DNA of 64,000 nucleotides. Source: Auanema rhodensis (Eukaryota; Animalia; Nematoda). Position numbers and translations under genes: made by a program. Location: NCBI GenBank assembly GCA_964057225.1, contig OZ059896.1, positions 20,708,001 to 20,772,000 on the forward strand, in the 5' to 3' direction. This document shows positions 40,301 to 53,670 of this stretch, in pieces. Numbering within the stretch: position 1 is the first letter of the stretch; each line of letters begins with the position of its first letter. The notes beneath the pieces are model-generated. The model saw nothing but the letters and a program-made list of their open reading frames with translations. It searched no databases and was not told where the DNA came from.

Positions 40301-43300
40301 ATCTCGGTGCATTTTCAAGCTAGCGCAAATCTGATAACACAGATCGACGCAGCTTAAAAATCCGCATCGAATGCACTATACTACATTGAGAAACGCTTGA
40401 TACAAAAATTAGTTATGATCGTTTGAAAAATGATGCATTAGTGTATGTTGAGTTTCCATGTACACTCAACATTGCTTCCAAAAACATTTTGACAAAAATT
40501 TTTTCGAAAAATTTCAAAATAATTTAGCAAAAAGTAGATGTTTTTAGATTCCTTTTTTTAAGGCAAAAACGATGGACAATGTTATTCAACGAAAAAATTA
40601 ATTCTTCAGGGTGAAAATCGAGGATATAAGTGTGAACTTATATCAGTTGATATCTCGGTGCATTTTTAAGCTAGCGCAAATCTGATAACACAGATCGACG
40701 CAGCTTAAAAATCTGCATCGAATGTACTATACTACATTGAGAAACGCTTGATACAAAAATTAGTTCTGATCGTTTGAAAAATGATGCATTAGTGTATGTT
40801 GAGTTTCCATGTACACTCAACATTGCTTCCAAAAACATTTTGACAAAAATTTTTTCGAAAAATTTCAAAATAATTTAGCAAAAAGTAGATGTTTTTAGAT
40901 TCCTTTTTTCAAGGCAAAGACGATGGACAATGTTATTCAACGAAAAAATTAATTCTTCAGGGTGAAAATCGAGGATATAAGTGTGAACTTATATCAGTTG
41001 ATATCTCGGTGCATTTTTAAGCTAGCGCAAATCTGATAACACAGATCGGCGCAGCTTAAAATCCGCATCGAATGCACTATACTACATTGAGAAACGCTTG
41101 ATACAAAAATTAGTTATGATCGTTTGAAAAATGATGCATTAGTGTATGTTGAGTTTCCATGTACACTCAACATTGCTTCCAAAAACATTTTGACAAAAAT
41201 TTTTTCGAAAAATTTCAAAATAATTTAGCAAAAAGTAGATGTTTTTAGATTCCATTTTTCAAGGCAAAGACGATAGACAATGTTATTCAACGAAAAAATT
41301 AATTCTTCAGGGTGAAAATCGAGGATATAAGTGTGAACTTATATCAGTTGATATCTCGGTGCATTTTTAAGCTAGCGCAAATCTGATAACACAGATCGAC
41401 GCAGCTTAAAAATCTGCATCGAATGCACTATACTACATCAAGAAACGCTTGATACAAAAATTAGTTATGATCGTTTGAAAAATGATGCATTAGTGTATGT
41501 TGAGTTTCCATGTACACTCAACATTGCTTCCAAAAACATTTTGACAAAAATTTTTTCGAAAAATTTCAAAATAATTTAGCAAAAAGTAGATGTTTTTAGA
41601 TTCCATTTTTCAAGGCAAAGACGATAGACAATGTTATTCAACGAAAAAATTAATTCTTCAGGGTGAAAATCGAGGATATATGTGTGAACTTATATCAGTT
41701 GATATCTCGGTGCATTTTTAAGCTAGCGCAAATCTGATAACACAGATCGACGCAGCTTAAAAATCCACATCGAATGCACTATACTACATTGAGAAACGCT
41801 TGATACAAAAATTAGTTATGATCGTTTGAAAAATGATGCATTAGTGTATGTTGAGTTTCCATGTACACTCAACATTGCTTCCAAAAACATTTTGACAAAA
41901 ATTTTTTCGAAAAATTTCAAAATAATTTAGCAAAAAGTAGATGTTTTTAGATTCCATTTTTCAAGGCAAAGACGATAGACAATGTTATTCAACGAAAAAA
42001 TTAATTCTTCAGGGTGAAAATCGAGGATATAAGTGTGAACTTATATCAGTTGATATCTCGGTGCATTTTTAAGCTAGCGCAAATCTGATAACACAGATCG
42101 ACGCAGCTTAAAAATCCGCATCGAATGCACTATTCTACATTGAGAAACGCTTGATACAAAAATTAGTTATGATCGTTTGAAAAATGATGCATTAGTGTAT
42201 GTTGAGTTTCCATGTACACTCAACATTGCTTCCAAAAACATTTTGACAAAAATTTTTTCGAAAAATTTCAAAATAATTTAGCAAAAAGTAGATGTTTTTA
42301 GATTCCATTTTTTAAGGCAAAGACGATAGACAATGTTATTCAACGAAAAAATTAATTCTTCAGGGTGAAAATCGAGGATATATGTGTGAACTTATATCAG
42401 TTGATATCTCGGTGCATTTTTAAGCTAGCGCAAATCTGATAACACAGATCGGCGCAGCTTAAAATCCGCATCGAATGCACTATACTACATTGAGAAACGC
42501 TTGATACAAAAATTAGTTATGATCGTTTGAAAAATGATGCATTAGTGTATGTTGAGTTTCCATGTACACTCAACATTGCTTCCAAAAACAGTTTGACAAA
42601 AATTTTTTCGAAAAATTTCAAAATAATTTAGCAAAAAGTAGATGTTTTTAGATTCCCTTTTTCAAGGCAAAGACGATAGACAATGTTATTCAACGAAAAA
42701 ATTAATTCTTCAGGGTGAAAATCGAGGATATAAGTGTGAACTTATATCAGTTGATATCTCGGTGCATTTTTAAGCTAGCGCAAATCTGATAACACAGATC
42801 GACGCAGCTTAAAAATCCGCAACGAATGCACTATACTACATCAAGAAACGCTTGATACGAAAATTAGTTATGATCGTTTGAAAAATGATGCATTAGTGTA
42901 TGTTGAGTTTCCATGTACACTCAACATTGCTTCCAAAAACATTTTGACAAAAATTTTTTCGAAAAATTTCAAAATAATTTAGCAAAAAGCAGATGTTTTT
43001 AGATTTCTTTTTTTAAGGCAAAGACGATGGACAATGTTATTCAACGAAAAAATTAATTCTTCAGGGTGAAAATCGAGGATATAAGTGTGAACTTATATCA
43101 GTTGATATCTCGGTGCATTTTTAAGCTAGCGCAAATCTGATAACACAGATCGACGCAGCTTAAAAATCCGCATCGAATGCACTATACTACATTGAGAAAC
43201 GCTTAATACACAAATTAGTTATGATCGTTTGAAAAATGATGCATTAGTGTATGTTGAGTTTCCATGTACACTCAACATTGCTTCCAAAAACATTTTGACA

Positions 43301-46300
43301 AAAATTTTTTCGAAAAATTTCAAAATAATTTAGCAAAAAGTAGATGTTTTTAGATTCCTTTTTTTAAGGCAAAGACGATGGACAATGTTATTCAACGAAA
43401 AAATTAATTCTTCAGGGTGAAAATCGAGGATATAAGTGTGAACTTATATCAGTTGATATCTCGGTGCATTTTTAAGCTAGAGCAAATCTGATAACACAGA
43501 TCGACGCAGCTTAAAAATCTGCATCGAATGCACAATACTACATCAAGAAACGCTTGATACAAAAATTAGTTATGATCGTTTGAAAAATGATGCATTAGTG
43601 TATGTTGAGTTTCCATGTACACTCAACATTGCTTCCAAAAACATTTTGACAAAAATTTTTTCGAAAAATTTCAAAATAATTTAGCAAAAAGTAGATGTTT
43701 TTAGATTCCATTTTTCAAGGCAAAGACGATAGACAATGTTATTCAACGAAAAAATTAATTCTTCAGGGTGAAAATCGAGGATATAAGTGTGAACTTATAT
43801 CAGTTGATATCTCGGTGCATTTTTAAGCTAGCGCAAATCTGATAACACAGATCGACGCAGCTTAAAAATCCGCATCGAATGCACTATACTACATTGAGAA
43901 ACGCTTAATACACAAATTAGTTATGATCGTTTGAAAAATGATGCATTAGTGTATGTTGAGTTTCCATGTACACTCAACATTGCTTCCAAAAACAGTTTGA
44001 CAAAAATTTTTTCGAAAAATTTCAAAATAATTTAGCAAAAAGTAGATGTTTTTAGATTTCTTTTTTTAAGGCAAAGACGATGGACAATGTTATTCAACGA
44101 AAAAATTAATTCTTCAGGGTGAAAATCGAGGATATAAGTGTGAACTTATATCAGTTGATATCTCGGTGCATTTTTAAGCTAGCGCAAATCTGATAACACA
44201 GATCGACGCAGCTTAAAAATCCGCATCGAATGCACTATACTACATCAAGAAACGCTTGATACAAAAATTAGTTATGATCGTTTGAAAAATGATGCATTAG
44301 TGTATGTTGAGTTTCCATGTACACTCAACATTGCTTCCAAAAACATTTTGACAAAAATTTTTTCGAAAAATTTCAAAATAATTTAGCAAAAAGTAGATGT
44401 TTTTAGATTCCATTTTTCAAGGCAAAGACGATAGACAATGTTATTCAACGAAAAAATTAATTCTTCAGGGTGAAAATCGAGGATATAAGTGTGAACTTAT
44501 ATCAGTTGATATCTCGGTGCATTTTTAAGCTAGCGCAAATCTGATAACACAGATCGACGCAGCTTAAAAATCCGCATCGAATGCACTATACTACATCAAG
44601 AAACGCTTGATACAAAAATTAGTTATGATCGTTTGAAAAATGATGCATTAGTGTATGTTGAGTTTCCATGTACACTCAACATTGCTTCCAAAAACATTTT
44701 GACAAAAATTTTTTCGAAAAATTTCAAAATAATTTAGCAAAAAGTAGATGTTTTTAGATTCCATTTTTCAAGGCAAAGACGATAGACAATGTTATTCAAC
44801 GAAAAAATTAATTCTTCAGGGTGAAAATCGAGGATATAAGTGTGAACTTATATCAGTTGATATCTCGGTGCATTTTTAAGCTAGCGCAAATCTGATAACA
44901 CAGATCGACGCAGCTTAAAAATCTGCATCGAATGCACTATACTACATTGAGAAACGCTTGATACAAAAATTAGTTATGATCGTTTGAAAAATGATGCATT
45001 AGTGTATGTTGAGTTTCCATGTACACTCAACATTGCTTCCAAAAACATTTTGACAAAAATTTTTTCGAAAAATTTCAAAATAATTTAGCAAAAAGTAGAT
45101 GTTTTTAGATTCCTTTTTTTAAGGCAAAAACGATAGACAATGTTATTCAACGAAAAAATTAATTCTTCAGGGTGAAAATCGAGGATATAAGTGTGAACTT
45201 ATATCAGTTGATATCTCGGTGCATTTTTAAGCTAGCGCAAATCTGATAACACAGATCGACGCAGCTTAAAAATCCGCATCGAATGCACTATACTACATTG
45301 AGAAACGCTTAATACACAAATTAGTTATGATCGTTTGAAAAATGATGCATTAGTGTATGTTGAGTTTCCATGTACACTCAACATTGCTTCCAAAAACATT
45401 TTGACAAAAATTTTTTCGAAAAATTTCAAAATAATTTAGCAAAAAGTAGATGTTTTTAGATTCCTTTTTTTAAGGCAAAGACGATGGACAATGTTATTCA
45501 ACGAAAAAATTAATTCTTCAGGGTGAAAATCGAGGATATAAGTGTGAACTTATATCAGTTGATATCTCGGTGCATTTTTAAGCTAGCGCAAATCTGATAA
45601 CACAGATCGACGCAGCTTAAAAATCTGCATCGAATGCACTATACTACATCAAGAAACGCTTGATACAAAAATTAGTTATGATCGTTTGAAAAATGATGCA
45701 TTAGTGTATGTTGAATTTCCATGTACACTCAACATTGCTTCCAAAAACATTTTGACAAAAATTTTTTCGAAAAATTTCAAAATAATTTAGCAAAAAGTAG
45801 ATGTTTTTAGATTCCTTTTTTTAAGGCAAAGACGATGGACAATGTTATTCAACGAAAAAATTAATTCTTCAGGGTGAAAATCGAGGATATAAGTGTGAAC
45901 TTATATCAGTTGATATCTCGGTGCATTTTTAAGCTAGCGCAAATCTGATAACACAGATCGACGCAGCTTAAAAATCTGCATCGAATGCACTATACTACAT
46001 CAAGAAACGCTTGATACAAAAATTAGTTATGATCGTTTGAAAAATGATGCATTAGTGTATGTTGAGTTTCCATGTACACTCAACATTGCTTCCAAAAACA
46101 GTTTGACAAAAATTTTTTCGAAAAATTTCAAAATAATTTAGCAAAAAGTAGATGTTTTTAGATTCCATTTTTCAAGGCAAAGACGATAGACAATGTTATT
46201 CAACGAAAAAATTAATTCTTCAGGGTGAAAATCGAGGATATAAGTGTGAACTTATATCAGTTGATATCTCGGTGCATTTTTAAGCTAGCGCAAATCTGAT

Positions 46301-49300
46301 AACACAGATCGACGCAGCTTAAAAATCCGCATCGAATGCACTATACTACATTGAGAAACGCTTAATACACAAATTAGTTATGATCGTTTGAAAAATGATG
46401 CATTAGTGTATGTTGAGTTTCCATGTACACTCAACATTGCTTCCAAAAACAGTTTGACAAAAATTTTTTCGAAAAATTTCAAAATAATTTAGCAAAAAGT
46501 AGATGTTTTTAGATTTCTTTTTTCAAGGCAAAGACGATGGACAATGTTATTCAACGAAAAAATTAATTCTTCAGGGTGAAAATCGAGGATATAAGTGTGA
46601 ACTTATATCAGTTGATATCTCGGTGCATTTTTAAGCTAGCGCAAATCTGATAACACAGATCGACGCAGCTTAAAAATCTGCATCGAATGCACTATACTAC
46701 ATCAAGAAACGCTTGATACAAAAATTAGTTATGATCGTTTGAAAAATGATGCATTAGTGTATGTTGAGTTTCCATGTACACTCAACATTGCTTCCAAAAA
46801 CATTTTGACAAAAATTTTTTCGAAAAATTTCAAAATAATTTAGCAAAAAGTAGATGTTTTTAGATTCCATTTTTCAAGGCAAAGACGATAGACAATGTTA
46901 TTCAACGAAAAAATTAATTCTTCAGGGTGAAAATCGAGGATATAAGTGTGAACTTATATCAGTTGATATCTCGGTGCATTTTTAAGCTAGCGCAAATCTG
47001 ATAACACAGATCGACGCAGCTTAAAAATCCGCATCGAATGCACTATACTACATTGAGAAACGCTTAATACACAAATTAGTTATGATCGTTTGAAAAATGA
47101 TGCATTAGTGTATGTTGAGTTTCCATGTACACTCAACATTGCTTCCAAAAACAGTTTGACAAAAATTTTTTCGAAAAATTTCAAAATAATTTAGCAAAAA
47201 GTAGATGTTTTTAGATTTCTTTTTTCAAGGCAAAGACGATGGACAATGTTATTCAACGAAAAAATTAATTCTTCAGGGTGAAAATCGAGGATATAAGTGT
47301 GAACTTATATCAGTTGATATCTCGGTGCATTTTTAAGCTAGCGCAAATCTGATAACACAGATCGACGCAGCTTAAAAATCTGCATCGAATGCACTATACT
47401 ACATCAAGAAACGCTTGATACAAAAATTAGTTATGATCGTTTGAAAAATGATGCATTAGTGTATGTTGAGTTTCCATGTACACTCAACATTGCTTCCAAA
47501 AACATTTTGACAAAAATTTTTTCGAAAAATTTCAAAATAATTTAGCAAAAAGTAGATGTTTTTAGATTCCTTTTTTTAAGGCAAAGACGATGGACAATGT
47601 TATTCAACGAAAAAATTAATTCTTCAGGGTGAAAATCGAGGATATAAGTGTGAACTTATATCAGTTGATATCTCGGTGCATTTTTAAGCTAGCGCAAATC
47701 TGATAACACAGATCGACGCAGCTTAAAAATCTGCATCGAATGCACTATACTACATCAAGAAACGCTTGATACAAAAATTAGTTATGATCGTTTGAAAAAT
47801 GATGCATTAGTGTATGTTGAGTTTCCATGTACACTCAACATTGCTTCCAAAAACATTTTGACAAAAATTTTTTCGAAAAATTTCAAAATAATTTAGCAAA
47901 AAGTAGATGTTTTTAGATTCCATTTTTCAAGGCAAAGACGATAGACAATGTTATTCAACGAAAAAATTAATTCTTCAGGGTGAAAATCGAGGATATAAGT
48001 GTGAACTTATATCAGTTGATATCTCGGTGCATTTTTAAGCTAGCGCAAATCTGATAACACAGATCGACGCAGCTTAAAAATCCGCATCGAATGCACTATA
48101 CTACATTGAGAAACGCTTAATACACAAATTAGTTATGATCGTTTGAAAAATGATGCATTAGTGTATGTTGAGTTTCCATGTACACTCAACATTGCTTCCA
48201 AAAACAGTTTGACAAAAATTTTTTCGAAAAATTTCAAAATAATTTAGCAAAAAGTAGATGTTTTTAGATTTCTTTTTTCAAGGCAAAGACGATGGACAAT
48301 GTTATTCAACGAAAAAATTAATTCTTCAGGGTGAAAATCGAGGATATAAGTGTGAACTTATATCAGTTGATATCTCGGTGCATTTTTAAGCTAGCGCAAA
48401 TCTGATAACACAGATCGACGCAGCTTAAAAATCTGCATCGAATGCACTATACTACATCAAGAAACGCTTGATACAAAAATTAGTTATGATCGTTTGAAAA
48501 ATGATGCATTAGTGTATGTTGAGTTTCCATGTACACTCAACATTGCTTCCAAAAACATTTTGACAAAAATTTTTTCGAAAAATTTCAAAATAATTTAGCA
48601 AAAAGTAGATGTTTTTAGATTCCATTTTTCAAGGCAAAGACGATAGACAATGTTATTCAACGAAAAAATTAATTCTTCAGGGTGAAAATCGAGGATATAA
48701 GTGTGAACTTATATCAGTTGATATCTCGGTGCATTTTTAAGCTAGCGCAAATCTGATAACACAGATCGACGCAGCTTAAAAATCCGCATCGAATGCACTA
48801 TACTACATTGAGAAACGCTTAATACACAAATTAGTTATGATCGTTTGAAAAATGATGCATTAGTGTATGTTGAGTTTCCATGTACACTCAACATTGCTTC
48901 CAAAAACAGTTTGACAAAAATTTTTTCGAAAAATTTCAAAATAATTTAGCAAAAAGTAGATGTTTTTAGATTTCTTTTTTCAAGGCAAAGACGATGGACA
49001 ATGTTATTCAACGAAAAAATTAATTCTTCAGGGTGAAAATCGAGGATATAAGTGTGAACTTATATCAGTTGATATCTCGGTGCATTTTTAAGCTAGCGCA
49101 AATCTGATAACACAGATCGACGCAGCTTAAAAATCCGCATCGAATGCACTATACTACATTGAGAAACGCTTAATACAAAAATTAGTTATGATTGTTTGAA
49201 AAATGATGCATTAGTGTATGTTGAGTTTCCATGTACACTCAACATTGCTTCCAAAAACATTTTGACAAAAATTTTTTCGAAAAATTTCAAAATAATTTAG

Positions 49301-52300
49301 CAAAAAGTAGATGTTTTTAGATTCCATTTTTCAAGGCAAAGACGATAGACAATGTTATTCAACGAAAAAATTAATTCTTCAGGGTGAAAATCGAGGATAT
49401 AAGTGTGAACTTATATCAGTTGATATCTCGGTGCATTTTTAAGCTAGCGCAAATCTGATAACACAGATCGACGCAGCTTAAAAATCCGCATCGAATGCAC
49501 TATACTACATCAAGAAACGCTTGATACAAAAATTAGTTATGATCGTTTGAAAAATGATGCATTAGTGTATGTTGAGTTTCCATGTACACTCAACATTGCT
49601 TCCAAAAACATTTTGACAAAAATTTTTTCGAAAAATTTCAAAATAATTTAGCAAAAAGTAGATGTTTTTAGATTCCATTTTTCAAGGCAAAGACGATAGA
49701 CAATGTTATTCAACGAAAAAATTAATTCTTCAGGGTGAAAATCGAGGATATAAGTGTGAACTTATATCAGTTGATATCTCGGTGCATTTTTAAGCTAGCG
49801 CAAATCTGATAACACAGATCGACGCAGCTTAAAAATCCGCATCGAATGCACTATACTACATTGAGAAACGCTTAATACACAAATTAGTTATGATCGTTTG
49901 AAAAATGATGCATTAGTGTATGTTGAGTTTCCATGTACACTCAACATTGCTTCCAAAAACAGTTTGACAAAAATTTTTTCGAAAAATTTCAAAATAATTT
50001 AGCAAAAAGTAGATGTTTTTAGATTCCATTTTTCAAGGCAAAGACGATAGACAATGTTATTCAACGAAAAAATTAATTCTTCAGGGTGAAAATCGAGGAT
50101 ATAAGTGTGAACTTATATCAGTTGATATCTCGGTGCATTTTTAAGCTAGCGCAAATCTGATAACACAGATCGACGCAGCTTAAAAATCCGCATCGAATGC
50201 ACTATACTACATCAAGAAACGCTTGATACAAAAATTAGTTATGATCGTTTGAAAAATGATGCATTAGTGTATGTTGAGTTTCCATGTACACTCAACATTG
50301 CTTCCAAAAACATTTTGACAAAAATTTTTTCGAAAAATTTCAAAATAATTTAGCAAAAAGTAGATGTTTTTAGATTCCATTTTTCAAGGCAAAGACGATA
50401 GACAATGTTATTCAACGAAAAAATTAATTCTTCAGGGTGAAAATCGAGGATATAAGTGTGAACTTATATCAGTTGATATCTCGGTGCATTTTTAAGCTAG
50501 CGCAAATCTGATAACACAGATCGACGCAGCTTAAAAATCCGCATCGAATGCACTATACTACATCAAGAAACGCTTGATACAAAAATTAGTTATGATCGTT
50601 TGAAAAATGATGCATTAGTGTATGTTGAGTTTCCATGTACACTCAACATTGCTTCCAAAAACATTTTGACAAAAATTTTTTCGAAAAATTTCAAAATAAT
50701 TTAGCAAAAAGTAGATGTTTTTAGATTCCTTTTTTTAAGGCAAAAACGATAGACAATGTTATTCAACGAAAAAATTAATTCTTCAGGGTGAAAATCGAGG
50801 ATATAAGTGTGAACTTATATCAGTTGATATCTCGGTGCATTTTTAAGCTAGCGCAAATCTGATAACACAGATCGACGCAGCTTAAAAATCTGCATCGAAT
50901 GCACTATACTACATTGAGAAACGCTTAATACACAAATTAGTTATGATCGTTTGAAAAATGATGCATTAGTGTATGTTGAGTTTCCATGTACACTCAACAT
51001 TGCTTCCAAAAACATTTTGACAAAAATTTTTTCGAAAAATTTCAAAATAATTTAGCAAGAAGTAGATGTTTTTAGATTTCTTTTTTCAAGGTAAAGACGA
51101 TGGACAATGTTATTCAACGAAAAAATTAATTCTTCAGGGTGAAAATCGAGGATATAAGTGTGAACTTATATCAGTTGATATCTCGGTGCATTTCTAAGCT
51201 AGCGCAAATCTGATAACACAGATCGACGCAGCTTAAAAATCCGCATCGAATGCACTATACTACATTGAGAAACTCTTGATACAAAAATTAGTTATGATCG
51301 TTTGAAAAATGATGCATTAGTGTATGTTGAGTTTCCATGTACACTCAACATTGCTTCCAAAAACATTTTGACAAAAATTTTTTCGAAAAATTTCATAATA
51401 ATTTAGCAAAAAGTAGATGTTTTTAGATTCCATTTTTCAAGGCAAAGACGATAGACAATGTTATTCAACGAAAAAATTAATTCTTCAGGGTGAAAATCGA
51501 GGATATAAGTGTGAACTTATATCAGTTGATATCTCGGTGCATTTTTAAGCTAGCGCAAATCTGATAACACAGATCGACGCAGCTTATAAATCCGCATCGA
51601 ATGCACTATACTACATTGAGAAACGCTTGATACAAAAATTAGTTATGATCGTTTGAAAAATGATGCATTAGTGTATGTTGAGTTTCCATGTACACTCAAC
51701 ATTGCTTCCAAAAACATTTTGACAAAAATTTTTTCGAAAAATTTCAAAATAATTTAGCAAAAAGTAGATGTTTTTAGATTCCAGTTTTTAAGGCAAAGAC
51801 GATAGACAATGTTATTCAACGAAAAAATTAATTCTTCAGGGTGAAAATCGAGGATATAAGTGTGAACTTATATCAGTTGATATCTCGGTGCATTTTCAAG
51901 CTAGCGCAAATCTGATAACACAGATCGACGCAGCTTAAAAATCCGCATCGAATGCACTATACTACATTGAGAAACGCTTGATACAAAAATTAGTTATGAT
52001 CGTTTGAAAAATGATGCATTAGTGTATGTTGAGTTTCCATGTACACTCAACATTGCTTCCAAAAACATTTTGACAAAAATTTTTTCGAAAAATTTCAAAA
52101 TAATTTAGCAAAAAGTAGATGTTTTTAGATTTCTTTTTTCAAGGCAAAGACGATGGACAATGTTATTCAACGAAAAAATTAATTCTTCAGGGTGAAAATC
52201 GAGGATATAAGTGTGAACTTATATCAGTTGATATCTCGGTGCATTTCTAAGCTAGCGCAAATCTGATAACACAGATCGACGCAGCTTAAAAATCCGCATC

Positions 52301-53650
52301 GAATGCACTATACTACATTGAGAAACGCTTGATACAAAAATTAGTTATGATCGTTTGAAAAATGATGCATTAGTGTATGTTGAGTTTCCATGTACACTCA
52401 ACATTGCTTCCAAAAACATTTTGACAAAAATTTTTTCGAAAAATTTCAAAATAATTTAGCAAAAAGTAGATGTTTTTAGATTTCTTTTTTCAAGGTAAAG
52501 ACGATGGACAATGTTATTCAACGAAAAAATTAATTCTTCAGGGTGAAAATCGAGGATATAAGTGTGAACTTATATCAGTTGATATCTCGGTGCATTTTTA
52601 AGCTAGCGCAAATCTGATAACACAGATCGACGCAGCTTATAAATCCGCATCGAATGCACTATACTACATTGAGAAACGCTTGATACAAAAATTAGTTATG
52701 ATCGTTTGAAAAATGATGCATTAGTGTATGTTGAGTTTCCATGTACACTCAACATTGCTTCCAAAAACATTTTGACAAAAATTTTTTCGAAAAATTTCAA
52801 AATAATTTAGCAAAAAGTATATGTTTTTAGATTCCATTTTTCAAGGCAAAGACGATAGACAATGTTATTCAACGAAAAAATTAATTCTTCAGGGTGAAAA
52901 TCGAGGATATAAGTGTGAACTTATATCAGTTGATATCTCGGTGCATTTTCAGCTAGCGCAAATCTGATAACACAGATCGACGCAGCTTAAAAATCCGCAT
53001 CGAATGCACTATACTACATTGAAAAACGCTTGATACAAAAATTAGTTATGATCGTTTGAAAAATGATGCATTAGTGTATGTTGAGTTTCCATGTACACTC
53101 AACATTGCTTCCAAAAACATTTTGACAAAAATTTTTTCGAAAAATTTCAAAATAATTTAGCAAAAAGTAGATGTTTTTAGATTTCTTTTTTCAAGGCAAA
53201 GACGATGGACAATGTTATTCAACGAAAAAATTAATTCTTCAGGGTGAAAATCGAGGATATAAGTGTGAACTTATATCAGTTGATATCTCGGTGCATTTCT
53301 AAGCTAGCGCAAATCTGATAACACAGATCGACGCAGCTTAAAAATCCGCATCGAATGCACTATACTACATTGAGAAACGCTTGATACAAAAATTAGTTAT
53401 GATCGTTTGAAAAATGATGCATTAGTGTATGTTGAGTTTCCATGTACACTCAACATTGCTTCCAAAAACATTTTGACAAAAATTTTTTCGAAAAATTTCA
53501 AAATAATTTAGCAAAAAGTAGATGTTTTTAGATTCCATTTTTCAAGGCAAAGACGATAGACAATGTTATTCAACGAAAAAATTAATTCTTCAGGGTGAAA
53601 ATCGAGGATATAAGTGTGAACTTATATCAGTTGATATCTCGGTGCATTTT

Positions 53651-53670
53651 TAAGCTAGCGTGTACACTCA
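53651..53670. other. Junction of a 133-bp internal deletion (truncated 218-bp period)
   Basis: TAAGCTAGCG|TGTACACTCA at 53660/53661; the consensus has 133 bp (CAAATCTG...GAGTTTCCA) between these two flanks. Confidence 0.95.

Noticed and set aside
40671-40868. 65-aa minus-strand ORF from the supplied track
   Set aside because: It lies entirely within satellite sequence and starts at TTG. It exists only because a single A>C at 40766 (TTATGA>TTCTGA) turns a minus-strand TAA into GAA; the other copies I read retain the stop. No recognisable protein features.
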